Assembly: GCF_009914755.1 (NCBI RefSeq)
Contig: NC_060926.1
Strand: one strand, 5' to 3'
DNA length: 64,000 nucleotides
Origin: the human T2T-CHM13v2.0 reference genome, Homo sapiens
Shown in pieces: positions 44,845 through 59,929 of this stretch. Each line of letters begins with the position of its first letter. Positions within the stretch are counted from its first letter, which is position 1. The translations under genes and the position numbers were made by a program. The notes beneath the pieces are model-generated. The model saw nothing but the letters and a program-made list of their open reading frames with translations, ran no database searches and was not told the origin of the DNA.

Positions 44845-45528
44845 TAATTTTTAAGAAACTTTGCTATTTCTTTGCCCCCATGCCTGCCCCTAACACACAT
44901 CACAGCTTTAGGTGTTTCCTCAACAGGCTATAATAAAGATATAAGTTGTCTCCCATGGTTTCGTATTCTGCTGAGCTAGTTTTTCTTTAAATGTGATGCC
45001 CTGCTGAGACTAGCACTGTCTGGGAGTGAGGGGAGCAATCAGTATGAGAAGAGTGTAAACTGTTCAGACAGAGGTGGCCAGATTAGGGAGAAAGTGACAC
45101 AGAGGAGGGCACTGGGTGTTCCAGGGATGCAGGGGCAGCCTATGCATGGACATGGGACAACCTGCTGTTTGGGGAATTTCTCTGTAACACATGATGACAG
45201 AATTGAGTTCATTTTCCATCTCTTCCAGATTAGCCCAGAGACCATGTCCCAACAAAATGCCACCAGGAACTCATGTGGGACGGAGCTGGAAGATGCCAGC
45301 GGTTGCCCCTTCCCCATGTTAGTGCCTCTTTTCTCCGCACCAACCCTCAGTTCACACCAGAATGAGACTGCCTGCATTCACTTTCTGCTCTTACTTCAGA
45401 GAATGTGGCTTATTCTCAGGCAATGAACCAGAGGACAACAGACATTTTCTTTGAGGGAAATGCAACTTTTTGAAATTAAAAGGGCATTTTGTTTTAATTG
45501 AAGAACATTCAGATCAGAAACTGGGTTA

Positions 45529-46007
<479 letters not shown>

Positions 46008-46081
46008 TTAAATAAAATGCAGACATCACCTCACTGAGTCTCATCAAAAGCAGAACTTGTCCTCTCATTCATCTTTGTCAG

Positions 46082-46274
46082 ACCAGCAGGAGCAGCCAGG
46101 CTAGGTCATCCAGGGTGACAGTCTCCTTCTCCATGGAGGTGAAGATTTCATCCTGCATTCTGCTAATCGGGCTTGGGCCCGCCTTAACCCTGTGAGTGGT
46201 TAACACTCCATTAAGCCCCAGCATTTCACTATGGATTGTTTCTCACCAGGATCCGGGAATTAAGGACCATACAG
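46082..46274 (+). other. Candidate non-coding exon
   Basis: CTTGTCCTCTCATTCATCTTTGTCAG acceptor; perfect CAG/GTAAGT donor. Confidence 0.28.
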
Positions 46275-47200
46275 GTAAGTGTGGGGTTGGTTTTCAAGGG
46301 TGCTCAACAGATACAGCCCTGGACTTTTAAAATAATATTCCATTATTCATTTTAAGGACCCCTCTTCTCTCTTTAAAAGTAAGATTCCTGCATGAGATCC
46401 AGACTTACAAACTCTCCGATCCCACTCTATGCCCCTACCTCTGGAACCCTCTACCTCTCCTGGAGGATGGTTCACAGGATGTGGGAGGGCCCAGGGGGAG
46501 CTGCAGTGGGGTTGCTGCCAGTCTGCAAGTCGGAGGAGAACTGTTTATCCTATTAGCAAAACCAACAGAGCCTGGCTTCGCCCTGCACTGAAAATTCCCC
46601 AGGGCACTGAGCAGCCTATGACAGACTATTTTGGAAACTGCTAGAAGAAGGGATCTGTTCAATGTTATTTACAATCCAGTAAACCATAGCATTTCCCTGG
46701 TCTAGCCAGATTTCTAACTGACCAGACCAAACTCTGCAAAGCTTTTCTACTGCTCAGCAAACGTGGTCAGCTCACGGAAGAGCTGCTCATATTCCAGGTC
46801 ATCATCTGAGCCTGAGCACGCAGCTACCATGGCCCCAAGCGACATGCACACATCTGGCAGGCACACTCAGTCCTGATTCTGTGGGGACGGATTGGGAGGG
46901 ACAGGCAGACACAGGATGGTGGAAGAGTTGGGACTGATGTGGATCAGGGAAATGGCTAGACCTAGAATGTGTTCAGCAGACGCAATTCAGGCCCAACTTG
47001 CTCTCTGGTTCTCTGCAGAGATATTTCACAGGCAGTAGAAACTTGCTTGGATTAAAGTAACAGTTACAGCAAAAATTATATAGATAATTACTATTTATAA
47101 ACACTTACATTTTCAGATAATTTTTAAAAATTTCATTCACATGTTATGAAAGTAATACATGGTGATTTTAATGTTTCAGTCAACCCAGGCTTGTCTAAAA

Positions 47201-47682
<482 letters not shown>

Positions 47683-47684
47683 TA

Positions 47685-47739
47685 TTAGGTTGGCACAACA
47701 GTAATGGCAAAAAACACAATTACTTTTGTGCCAACCTAA
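47685..47739. mobile_element. MADE1 (Hsmar1 MITE), internally deleted
   Basis: TA-TTAGGTTGG...CAATTACTTTTGTGCCAACCTAA-TA. Confidence 0.9.
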
Positions 47740-47749
47740 TACAATGAGG

Positions 47750-48030
47750 CTAATAAATTTGGGTCTAGAAAATGTAACAGTCTCCCTCTATCACCAACCC
47801 ACTCACAACCCATCTCTCTGATTATATTTAAGGCTATATTATGTCAGGTTCTATTATTCTATAATCTGTGTTCTTTACTAACCATAGAGAATGAGCATCC
47901 TTCCAGGTCAATGCCAAAAATGTAACTCATTCTTTTAACTGTATGCACAGAATTCCATAGGCAAAATGCCATGATTTATTCACTTTGCCCCTTACTGAGA
48001 GGGGGGATGTTTCTAAGTTTGGAGCCATTT
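47750..48030 (-). mobile_element. L1ME-type 3' fragment
   Basis: CTCATTCTTTTAACTG...ATTCCATAG...CCATGATTTATT. Confidence 0.55.
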
Positions 48031-48711
48031 TTAAGCTCACCCATATTCATCTTCTTTCTCTGTAGCTGAGAGAGGGACATAATTAGCAAGCTTACCTGGG
48101 CCTCACACCAAGCTCTGTACTCTTCCAAGTGAGGAAAGGTAGTTCAGAATGTCTCAGAATGAAATAATTGAACCAAACTCCACAGCAGACAGGAGCATAA
48201 CTTTTCTGATTCTCCAGCCAAAGTATGATTCCTGCAAGAGATCTTGCTGGTCAACTAGGAGGCCCATGACATCATGGGATAAACAGAGTTCATCTTCCTT
48301 TGTGGCCAGTTTTACTTGAATTCCGTGGAGGCAAATCAATTCCTTATTTTCATATTAAAACACACATGTGTAATCAAAAATAAAACATAAAATTCACAGA
48401 AATTTTTTGATTAAATCATGAAAGCTCCAAAATATTTTCTTGCCTGTGGCCAGTTGCTTTAGACTCTCTGGAATACAGCTTATGCCTCTCTGCACTTAAG
48501 AGCAGTGTAAACGTAGCATTGAGAATCAGACATTAACTTGGTGCCACACCCTTATCTACAGGTGAGAAAACTGAGGCTCAGGGTGGTTGACTAACCTTAG
48601 ACAGCTGATAAATTACAGCAGGTGAATAAGGTAGTCTGGACTGTTAAGATGAAAAAGCTTGTGAAGCTTTGCAGAGCTGAGAATGGTTTATAAATCACGA
48701 TTTTAGTTCTG

Positions 48712-49078
48712 CAGTGGTCAAACCTTTCTGCATATTAAAATCAGTAGAGAAGCTGTTAAAGTCCCCAGTGTTCAGGTCCAATCAACACCAATTAAATTAG
48801 AGGTTTTGGGGGTAGGACCTAGATATCAGTCTTTTTTATAAATTCCCCCATGTGATTGCAGTGTTGAGCCAGGGTTGCCAGATTTCACAAATAAAAGTAT
48901 AGAAGACTCAATTAAATTTGAATTTCAGATAACTAATACATTTTTTACTCTAAGAACATCCCAAATATTGCCTGAGACATACTTAAGAGTTACTCATTGT
49001 TTATCTCAATTAAAATGTGACTAGGCCTCCTGAATTTTGTCTGGGCCCTCCCTGATGCAGGCAAGTTTGAGAGCAAGG
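48712..49078 (+). mobile_element. MER5A1-like MITE hosting MER53
   Basis: CAGTGGTC...ACCAATTAAATTAGA...AAGTTTGAGA. Confidence 0.65.
48871..49053 (+). mobile_element. MER53 palindromic MITE
   Basis: AGGGTTGCCAGATTT...TTAAATTTGAATTTCAGATAA...TCCCAAATATTGC. Confidence 0.85.
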
Positions 49079-49649
49079 CTTTAGGGAAAGTCTTTGACTG
49101 CAAGGGGGCCCAGGCAGCACTTCAAGGTCAAGGTGCCAAGCTCTGCACACTGATGGGTAACCCTCCATCCAAATTTGCCCAGTCTGAGATAGGATTCAGG
49201 AACCAGGTGGATGGCATCTTTCGAATCAACAGGGTCCTGGGCCTGACACTTGTGACTGTTCTCCAAAGACAGAAACACGGTGTAATTTATGGAAAAGTGA
49301 GTGAAGCAGGTGGTAGATATTAGTGGTTCACGATGCTCTGCTGCATGTAGTTTACGGCTTGCCAAAGCCTCTTTTCATCTGGTTCTGCAGATGTATACAC
49401 AGGGCAAACAGTTGAGCCTCTGACCAGACCCTGAAAAAAGCTTAAATGCTCCCAGCAGGAGAAAGTCCTTTCTCATAAACACCAATTTCCTGCCATGAGC
49501 ATCTCTGTGTTTTCTGAAAGTGACTACAGGTTGGTACTGGAACCCCCCTTCTTCCCCCCAACTTCTTGTCTCCTAGACCTGGTGACCGGGACACTGAGAA
49601 GCCCTCTGCCTACTTTTGCTGAAGTCTCTCAGGATTCAAAATGCAACCA

Positions 49650-49813
49650 AGCTGGGTACAGTGTTGCATACCTGTGGTCCCAGCCACTTGGGAGGCTGAA
49701 GCAGGAGGATTGCTTGAGCCCAGGAATTTGAGGCTATAGTGCAGTATGTTTGTGCCTGTGAATACTCACAGCACCTCAGCCTGGGCAACATAGCAAGACC
49801 CTATATCTTTCAA
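49650..49813 (+). mobile_element. FAM fossil Alu monomer
   Basis: Monomer retaining 7SL-like GCCTGTGAATA; TSD AAAATGCA. Confidence 0.85.
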
Positions 49814-49859
49814 AAAATGCACCAAACCAGCAAGAAACAAAATATTTGTAAACCAGTTA

Positions 49860-50230
<371 letters not shown>

Positions 50231-50404
50231 ACTAGCCCTGGGAGCCAGTTGTTTTCTTCCTGGAACTGGGAGGTGAGGGTGCCAGGTGAAATGCTGACAG
50301 GTGGCCTCCACTGGAAGCCAGCAGCTGCTGGCCATGCAAAATTGTCTAAGGGAGTCATTCCATGGGCCAGACCTCCCAGAGCTCAAGAATTTCCAAATCC
50401 ATCG

Positions 50405-51126
50405 TGACTCACAAACAACGAACTTATTACCAGGAAACATTGCTGTGAGCCACCGTGTTTGTCAAAGTGCTAATGTCCTTATATTTTAACCAGACAGTTC
50501 CGTAAACAGAGGGTCCTTTCCAGCACACACTTTCCTATTTGATCACTGTTTCTCTCTGGTTTCACACCTGTAAGTGGTATCCACGGGAAGCCGAAGTGGG
50601 CCCGACTTTGCACCATTTAACCAAGACCAGCTCCCATTCAAACAGACCCCAAATCCAGGACAAGCAACATGTGGGCTAGGGGAGTGTAAGGTGATGACGG
50701 GGCTTTTCGCAAAAGCACATGTGGAGGAAGCAGAGAGGAGGCTGGCTTCCTCCTGCCTGGTGTCCCAGACTCCCAGCCCAGGGAGCCAGCCAGCGGCCTT
50801 GCCACCCCCATTCTCCATGAGTGTCAGAGATTCCAGCCTCCCACCAGACACACACACAACCAATTAGCCCTTGCTTTCCCACTCCCTGAGTTCCAGATGG
50901 CCTTTGCCAAGACGGCCCTGTGGTCTTGCTCCAAACATGATCGATTACAGCCCAGAAAAACTCTTGAAGGCATTGGTTGCTTCTGAAGTTAAGACTATGA
51001 AATTACTTTTCTTCACTGAAGTCCCCTCTGAACTTTGGAAGCCACAAAATCCTTCCTGGAGCAAAAAGCCCATTTCATGGGGCTGCCTGAGCTCCCAGTG
51101 CAGCTCTCAGAGGCCACCATGACTCA
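50405..51126. promoter_or_regulatory. Possible AP-1/forkhead enhancer in unique DNA
   Basis: TGACTCA 50405-50411 and 51120-51126, GTAAACA 50502-50508, some retained CpG. Confidence 0.3.
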
Positions 51127-51279
51127 TGTGGCAGCAGTACACCCACAAGACCTCTGTGGCGAGGACACCATATGGTCACCAGGAGCAGCAGGAACAGCAC
51201 CAGGCCAGCCTGGAGGGCCAGTGGGACAGGGGCCCAGCTCCCATGGATACAAATTCACCCCTGCTCCACTCGCTACATA

Positions 51280-51400
51280 ACTGATTCACTCACCAAACAT
51301 TTCTTGAGCTCCTGTTACGTTCTGATGCATTCTGGACCCTATGCTAGGCAATTGAAGATGAAACTCTACCTTCAAAAATCTCAGTTCACAAACCTCAAAG
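51280..51400 (-). mobile_element. L2 3' fragment
   Basis: ATTCACTCACCAAACATTTCTTGAGCTCCT. Confidence 0.6.
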
Positions 51401-51684
51401 AAGGTATTTAGGAAGGCAGGAAGGCCTGCTGGAGAGGATGGTGCCTGCAGCAAGACAAAAAGACATGTCTGACATCTGGGGAGACAGAAAGCGTGGAAAG
51501 ACCACAATGTCAGGAGTACCAAAAATAACTGCATCCCAAGAGTCTTCGTACACTCACCTGGCGAGGCACATCCAGTGAGCTGGCCAGAGGAAAGCCTCAG
51601 TGAAACTGGCCCAGGTTATGTAGAGAGAGGATCATTAGAGTTTTCCTGATAAAAGTGAAAAGTTAGAAATCTCTTGAATGTCCA

Positions 51685-52271
<587 letters not shown>

Positions 52272-52294
52272 CTATCTGATAGCTTGCTATGTGG

Positions 52295-52430
52295 CATTCA
52301 TTCACTTATTTATTCATTCAACAAATGTTCATTGAGAACCTACTCTGTGCCTATCTGAAATCCAAGCCCTAGGAACACAGATATGAATAAAAGAAGAACT
52401 CTCCCTTATCACAGCTTATAGTTTAGTGGG
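52295..52430 (-). mobile_element. L2 3' end
   Basis: TTCATTCAACAAATGTTCATTGAGAACCTACTCTGTGCC. Confidence 0.78.
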
Positions 52431-53144
52431 AGATGTGTGTGTGCATGTGTGTGTGTGTCGCAACTTTAGATAAGCCAGTCAGAGTAGACTTTTATTGATC
52501 AATAGCCCCTAAAGACCTCTATTGGAAACAGTTGCACAAACAACCAGAATGCCACTGGAAGGACACAAGGGATAAGTATGGGATTGGAGCCCTTACCAAG
52601 GTCTTCAAAGGAATTTCAAGATCTGTGCATGGTGATAAATGGTCTGTATGTCTTGACTTTGGAGAAGGAGGCCTTTTGTAAAAATAGGAGCATAGTTTAA
52701 TAATATAAACCTGAAGGCAGAAGGGCAAATCCCTGAAGAATATGATGATTTATACAAGTTAGAGCTTGCTGCCCAAGAAGAGCAAAATGATGCCCCAGGG
52801 GTCACCTCTGTGCTGGGCAGTTCTCTGAGGATGCAGTTGGGAGCTGGGAAATCCATCTGAGTGAGCACAGCACATGTCCATCCTCATCACTGCATCCCTG
52901 CTATTTAGGAAGGAGAAGACTTTCTTGTGGAAGCAAGAGCCAAAAAGTTGCTTCTCTCTGTGCAGCAAAGGCAAGATGAGAGAGCAATGGCTCCCAGCCC
53001 TTTTTAGTTAATGAATAGCTTAGAAACGAACCCATGTCCAGTGCAAAGCTCAAGAGAAGCCAAGGGAAGCAGAATCTGGAGGCAAACCTGACTGGCAGAT
53101 CCCACACCAAATCCTCAGGTCCTCCTCGGTCAGCCAGCTCCCAG

Positions 53145-53158
53145 CCACTGGAGGGCGC
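53145..53158 (+). promoter_or_regulatory. CTCF motif
   Basis: CCACTGGAGGGCGC, one mismatch to CCASYAGRKGGCRS, CpG retained, unique DNA. Confidence 0.6.
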
Positions 53159-55351
53159 CCCGAAAGTCTGAAAGAGGCAAACCCAGGTAAGCAGCCTTGT
53201 TTCCCCTGATTTCCCAGAGGAATCTGAAATTAGTTATTTCAGTCTGAGAGCATTTTGCACAGAAAGATCTATTCTTAATACAAATAAATGTACAATTAAT
53301 AGATAAGTTCTGGCATCCTCTAGGAGCTAGATTTGGGTTATTTTCAGTCACAACTAGATTTAAATGTGCAACTGTGCTGTAAAACTTCTCTATTTTGTTT
53401 TGCAAAACTGCTCTATTTTGAGCCTAGACTTGCGCACTTGTGAGCTCACTGCAAGAGGGAGAGAACTCTTGGAAATGCAGCAAGGGCCCAAGTCCCTGCG
53501 AGTACACAGCCCCAATTGTTGGATTCTTGGATTCAGATTCTTAAATTGTTGTGCCAATGGTTTGACAGCAGGCAAATTGATGGATAGGCTTTATGGACAA
53601 TAGTCAGGGTGGGAACAGAATTAATCAGCAATTATTTGTTTTATTACCTTCTCCCTCAAGATCAGAGCCTTCCTACTCTGAGCTGGCCTGAATGTCCTGT
53701 TCATGGATCCAGCTCAGCCCTGGGCACATGGCAAGTGGTGTCTGGCTCTTTTGCCTTCTACACCGTCTTCCCACTTCCTACCATCAGATACCCAAAGCCT
53801 CCAATGAACTCCCTCCTCAACTTCAGTTCCTTAAAGACAATCCACCTGAATCAATCTATTCACCCTGAACTGTTAGGACATGGCTCAAAACTTAGCCCAA
53901 AGCAAGCACAGAACAGTTGTTGGTTGAATCAGAGTCTCCAGTAAGCAAAGTCTTGGAACCTGTCACTTTCACAGCATGGCAGTGATTCCCACAATCGGGC
54001 AAGCTTGGGAAATTCTGATATGATACAGACACATTCATTCGGAATAATGGAAATAAAGGAATTGGGTAAGGGAGTGTGTTGGGACTGGAAAGAGTTCACT
54101 GATGCTTCTTAATCACTCAGATGTGATTGGGTGGGGAGAAGGATAGGAAACAGTGTGGAAGTCAATCACTCAACAAATCATGGATGCCTCTGGTGAGTGG
54201 GGCAAGAATGAAGGTGGAGTTTCCACCCAGAAAGGCCATACAATCTAGTAGAGCAAGCATCTAAACAAAACAGAAGGGGCTGGAAGAAAAGCTAGTTATG
54301 CCTTGGGAGCAATGCTTCTGGGGATGAGTCTGCCTTGGAAGAAAACAGCTGGAAATTGGTCCTGTCATTGTGAAATGGTGATTGCCTTCAAGGGAAATAC
54401 CTGAGGAATGGCATGGCCATACCCATCCTGATGGAGGCGATCCAACCAGTCGCAGCCTTTCAAGAAAGTTTCACTCTGCTGAACCCTGAAAATAAGGCCT
54501 TGAAAAGCAAACGACCCACTTGTACATCAACCATCAGCTTAACCCCCTAGTGCCTCAGGTTTACCCACTAAATGTAGAGTTAATTCTACATTTAAAGCTG
54601 TTTGGATCACAGTTCACATTCAACTACGTAATTATTTATCATCACTAGCCTCTGAGACTATTTGAGAATTAAAGTAAATCCATTTATAGCACACCGTAAG
54701 ACTCCTATAAAAGACAAAATGCATGAGTCATGTCCCTTGCTACCTGACAGAGGAACAGAAGCCTTTCCGAGTGAATATTATCCTGCGCCGAAAGCTTTCT
54801 TCCCTTAATCCCCTGAATTCAGAGCTGAAGCACTCACGAGTCTCTGTAACTTGAGTTGTGCTAACATGTTGAAGTGGTAAACAAGCAGAGTTACTCATCT
54901 CTTCCGAGGCCCATTTTTTTCTGTCTACATTCCAGCTCTGTCTTCTGAGCACATGGCTGACCACTGCATGGCCAATGGAGACCAGGGCTCTTTAGGAATA
55001 AGAATGAGTTCTTATGTGTTGAGTGTGAACAATGGGCCAGGAAACGTGCTGCAAGTGCTTCCAGCTATGTGATCCCATCTTCTGTTTCTTCATAGCACTG
55101 ATGTCCCACTAACCCGGGGAGAGTCATCTCTCATTCTTCCTGGGCTCCAATCATCCCATCTGTAAAGTGAAAAGAGTAATTTTCAAACTGCCTCCACCCT
55201 TCAACCACAGGAAGCCTGAGTTGGTATGAAAAGCTTGGCTATCTTTCTGAAAGTGCCTTCTTCCCACACACCCTGCACACAAAGCTCAGAGCTAATTCTC
55301 ATTCTTCATCTTCTGACCTAAGACTCAGAAGGAGCTTCTCTGTGCACCCAC

Positions 55352-56006
55352 TGTTAACGGAGGGTGCCACGCAGTTCTAGGCTCTTGGTGTCCCGAATAA
55401 AGAATTGGACGAGACAAACAGATAGCAAAGCAAAGCAACAGAAGTTCATTAAGCACAGTATTACACTTTCAGGGCAGGAGAATGGACTGGCCTCTGTGAG
55501 ATGAGATCAGCGTCAGTTTGGTGAAGTTTGAGTCTTTTTACGTGTTTTTTTCTTCTCTTCCCAAGGCTGCCTAATCTCTAGCCAGTGTCTGCCTTTTGAT
55601 TGAGAGGTGTGTTGTTTAGTTACTTCGGCCTCCATGCACTTGCAAGCTGCCTCTATCCCATAATTTTAAGTACATGCATGATACGCAGCCCATATGCATG
55701 AATCTTAAGTAGCCAATTATCATACAGGGTTATGTGAAGGATACTTTTTCTCTCTAATGTGCATGCCTGTCTCTGAAGCGCTGCCCCTTCCTGGTTTGGT
55801 CCAGATCCTGCTGGCCATGAGGTCCTTGCTCACTTCTCTATCTTACTCTTTGTTTTGGCTGCTTAACATCCACCTCTTATCTTGCTTCTTGCTCACCCAC
55901 CCCTTCATCTTGCTTCTGCTCTCTGTTTTTACTTATTCTGCCCTTTATCCAACTTTTAATTCCCTTTGCTATTCTCCTGCCTCATTTTCCCTATTCTCCT
56001 GCCTCA
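55352..56006 (-). mobile_element. ERV1 solo LTR (MER51C/D-like)
   Basis: TG...CA ends; antisense start TGAGGCAGGAGAATAG; 4-bp TSD CCAC (55348-55351, 56007-56010). Confidence 0.85.
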
Positions 56007-56249
56007 CCACTGTTGTTAAGCAGAAAAAGGACCCTTGGTGTAGCTCCTGCTATCCAGGGCCATGGGCAATTCCTGGTCCTGCTGCCGTGGCACTCCTTTC
56101 CTTCCCTCACATAGCAATCTTGAAAAGCTGTGAGGGAACAACTTACTGTTACATAGTAGGCATTTAATAAACATTTGCTGAATGGATAAATTAATGAAGG
56201 TCTAAATGGATGGGTGGGGGTGGATGGACAGATGATGACTGGGAGATTG

Positions 56250-56460
56250 GGAACATGAGCTCTGGCCTGTGTCTTTCAAACAATGGAAATCTGGAAAGCT
56301 ATTTAAACACTCTAGGACTGAATTTGCCCACCTTAAAAATGGCAGTGATAAAAGTTCCTACCTCAGAAGTTTGTTGTGAGGATTAAAGGAGACAATTTAG
56401 ACAAATTGGTCAACACTGTGGCCAGTATTTTGTTACCTTTAATAAATGTCAACTACTTTT
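56250..56460 (+). mobile_element. MIR
   Basis: CCTACCTCAGAAGTTTGTTGTGAGGATTAAA. Confidence 0.72.
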
Positions 56461-56491
56461 ATTGGAATAGTGAGCACAGGTTATCTTATTA

Positions 56492-56825
<334 letters not shown>

Positions 56826-57109
56826 CTAAATCATGAAAAGGCAAGACATCTACAGAATTCAGTATTTTAGATCTAGAAGCACACTGCTGACTCCACACCC
56901 CTAGACCAGTCATTAGACACTGGTGGGTCATGAGGAAGCATTTGAGAACACTACCTGCGCCTTACACAGTGAGTGCTCAGGGAAGATTTGTCATATGAAT
57001 GGATGGAATGAATTGCATGAGTGAGACAATGAATGAATGAACAAATGAATGAATGAATGGACAGATGGAAGAAATAAAAAGCATAGAAGGAAAAACAGAT
57101 TGTCTAGCT

Positions 57110-57322
57110 CAATAGTTTCATTCAGGGGTAATTTTGACCCCCCAGAGGATATTTGGAAATATCTGGAGACATTTTTGGTTGTCACAACTGGGAGGTGCTC
57201 CTGGCATCTAGTGGGTAGTGGCCAGAGATGCTACTAAACATCCTATAATGCACAGAACAGCCCTCAACAGGAAACCATTTTCCAGTTCAAGATATTAATG
57301 GTGCAGAGCTTGAGAAACCCTG
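57110..57322 (+). mobile_element. MER20 hAT-Charlie
   Basis: GGAGACATTTTTGGTTGTCACAACTGGG...CTGGCATCTAGTGGG...TTGAGAAACCCTG; 8-bp TSD GTCTAGYT. Confidence 0.92.
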
Positions 57323-58164
57323 GTCTAGTTCATTGGTTTTAAAACTCTGCTCTACCATAGAATGTCTGTCTGTCTCTCTCTTTCACATGCACACACACAC
57401 TCTGTGTAACGTACGTGTGTGTTTTGAAATAGATCCTCCTAAAAGCTTGATCTCAGGACCACATTGTATGTTTATTATACTCTTTATGACAAGGGATTTA
57501 CAGACACGTCACTGTAAGAAAAATCATGCTATAATGAGTTAAATTGAAATTCCCCATGGGAGTCACTTTTCTGAAAGGATGCAAGAGTTGCTTGGCTCTG
57601 ACATAAGGCAACCACAATATCTGAATTTCAAATTGTTAAGGGGCCTTTTGGGTTGGGAAAGCAGGAAATTGCCTTATTAAAAGATAATTTAACCATAAAG
57701 TATTTTCTGCATAGACTCATTTAATAATAAAAGGATTTCAATGTTGTGAACATTCTCATTAGTAATTTGGAGATTTTCAAATAAACCAGCAGAAAAATGA
57801 CAACAATTGGTTGTCTATGGGTCTCTTCTGCCACACAGTAGCCTGGGAATGTGTCTGTGGGTTAAATTTTAATCTGCAGATTAGAAAATTATAAATGACT
57901 AGCGTGGAAATTCATCCAAGAAAAACCTACATTACAAAATCATGGAGCTGCTGATTCAGTCCAGAAGCTGAGGTTTATAAGACACTATAATTTATTTCTG
58001 CCTGAATCCCTGCAGCAGGGTCTTCCTCCCTGACCAACACATGACCTTTGCTTTCTCCCTGGCATGGAAACAACCCCAACCCTACCCAAAAGTTTTTCAG
58101 CTCCTGCCCGACTCCCAATTCTCCATTTACCCACCCTCTCTCTTGTACTTTTCTTTGGTGGTCT

Positions 58165-58710
58165 TGTTTTTTAAGCTCCATTATTTAAAAGTTTATATAC
58201 AGTAAAAGGCATGGATCTTAAGTCTATAATTGGATGTCATTGGACAGATGCTTTTCTCTTGCTACAATCACTCAAATCCAGACACAGACCATTTTCATGC
58301 CCAAGAAATGTCCTTTGTGCCCCTTTCCCAGTTAATACCCCCACCCTCCAGAGGCAAAGACTGTTTGGATTTCTATCACCATAAATTGGTTTTCCTAGAT
58401 TTGGAATTGCACATAAATAGAATCATGCCTTAGGCCCTCTGCTGTGTCTGGTTTTTTTTTTGTTGTTGTGTTGTTTTGTTTTTTTTCCTCAACATTAACG
58501 CCTGTGAGATTTAGACGTGTCACTGCATATTTCAGTACTTCTTTCCTTTTTATTTTTTAATGGTATTCTATTGTATTGGGGACAATTATAAATAAGGTTG
58601 CCATAAATATTCTTGTACAAAACTCTTTTAAACAAACACATGCTTTTGTCACTCTTGGGCATTTACCGAGGAGTAAAATTGCTGGGTCCTAGCGTTGTGC
58701 ATGCTCACCC
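58165..58710 (-). mobile_element. L1ME 3' fragment
   Basis: GTGCCCCTTTCCCAGTTAAT, GATTTCTATCACCATAAATT. Confidence 0.8.
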
Positions 58711-58779
58711 TAACCTTGCACAATGAAGCTCCAGCCTGACTCCATTGTTTTTAGTCCCTCAGAAGTGTCCGCTCTCACC

Positions 58780-59410
58780 CTCTGCAGCTTCACACACCCT
58801 CCCCTCCCTTCACATGGGTAATTCCTACCCATCCTTCAGGTCCTGACTAAGATGACACGTCATGAAACCTTCCTTGATTTCTATGGAATCTATTAGATTT
58901 TTCTCTGCTTGAATTTCCCACAACACCCTGTAACATTGCAACATCCTGATGCAATGACATGTTCCTAACATCTGTCTTCATTCTAGCATCTAGCATCCAC
59001 AGGGCAAATGCTGTACTGAACATTTTGAGCAAAAAAATAAAGAAGTATTAAATTATACTCCAAACTATAACAAAGATGTCCAGGAGTCCATACTAGTATA
59101 AACAAGTTATTGATTAAATAAGTAACTAAGGAAGAATAAACAAGTTTCTCGTGCCAAATTCCAAACAGTTTAAGTAGATATTTTGTCCTTAAGGAAGTGG
59201 AGCAGCATCACTCCCCTCTCCTTAAGCATGGGCTACACATAGTGACTTCCTTCCAAAGAGTACAGTATGGAGAGAAGGAGGGAAAAGGTAATTTTACAGT
59301 GGAGAAGCCTAACAAATAACGACAGCTAATTCAGTTAACACCTAGCACTCGACTTACACACGCCGAGTGCTTCATTATCAATCTGCTGGACAGATGGACA
59401 GATTGAAGGA
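58780..59410 (+). mobile_element. L2 3' end interrupted at about 59020-59325
   Basis: TAATTCCTACCCATCCTTCAGGTC...; resumes CACCTAGCAC. Confidence 0.6.
59022..59323 (+). mobile_element. L1MD/L1MC 3'UTR piece, apparent local copy of 63932 onward
   Basis: ATAGTGACTTCCTTCCAAAGAGTACAGTATGG; start matches 63932-64000. Confidence 0.8.
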
Positions 59411-59447
59411 TGGGAAGATGAAGAGTCTTGGGGTGGATCAGCTAGAC

Positions 59448-59682
59448 CAGTGGTCTTCAAACTGTTCTTTGTGGGACTCATGGCTCCTCACATCCCCTCA
59501 GAGACCATTGGGGTTAGGGGTGGTGGGAAGAGGAGGCCAAAGGGCCTGGCCACCAGGACCTCTTATCCAGGTTTGATCAGAACATCTTGTTCATTTTAAT
59601 CTGTTTTATATACCACACATCCATGTAGTATTTCACTGGAAGACAACATACTTTTATTAAAAAACAGCTTTAAAAGTTACTG
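59448..59682 (+). mobile_element. MER112-like hAT MITE
   Basis: CAGTGGTCTTCAAACTG...ATCTGTTTTATATA...ACTG, CTAG-centred flanks. Confidence 0.7.
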
Positions 59683-59929
59683 ATCTAGTGCTGAGATCCT
59701 AGGGACAGGAAAGTAATGTGACTTAGTCAACTGGTCAGGGGTTTGGGGGGTATTAAACACATACAAATAGTCTTCACTTCCACAATAACTATGCTTTTGC
59801 TCATTTTCCTTGAAACACACAGCCCACTCAACTAATGCTCATATACCTGTTTTGATGGCATGGATATAGAGAAATGTTTATCCACAAAATGAAAATAAAG
59901 CAAAACTAAAACAAAAATAACTGGGCAAA

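Noticed and set aside
48871-49053. MER53 as a miR-1302-type gene
   Set aside because: Right arm is decayed and there is no expression evidence
51551-51562. Minus-strand donor motifs (also near 9390, 48090, 62010)
   Set aside because: No convincing paired acceptors identified; expected by chance in 64 kb
55968-56006. Terminal direct repeat CTATTCTCCTGCCTCA in the ERV1 LTR
   Set aside because: May be a family consensus feature; cannot tell without alignment
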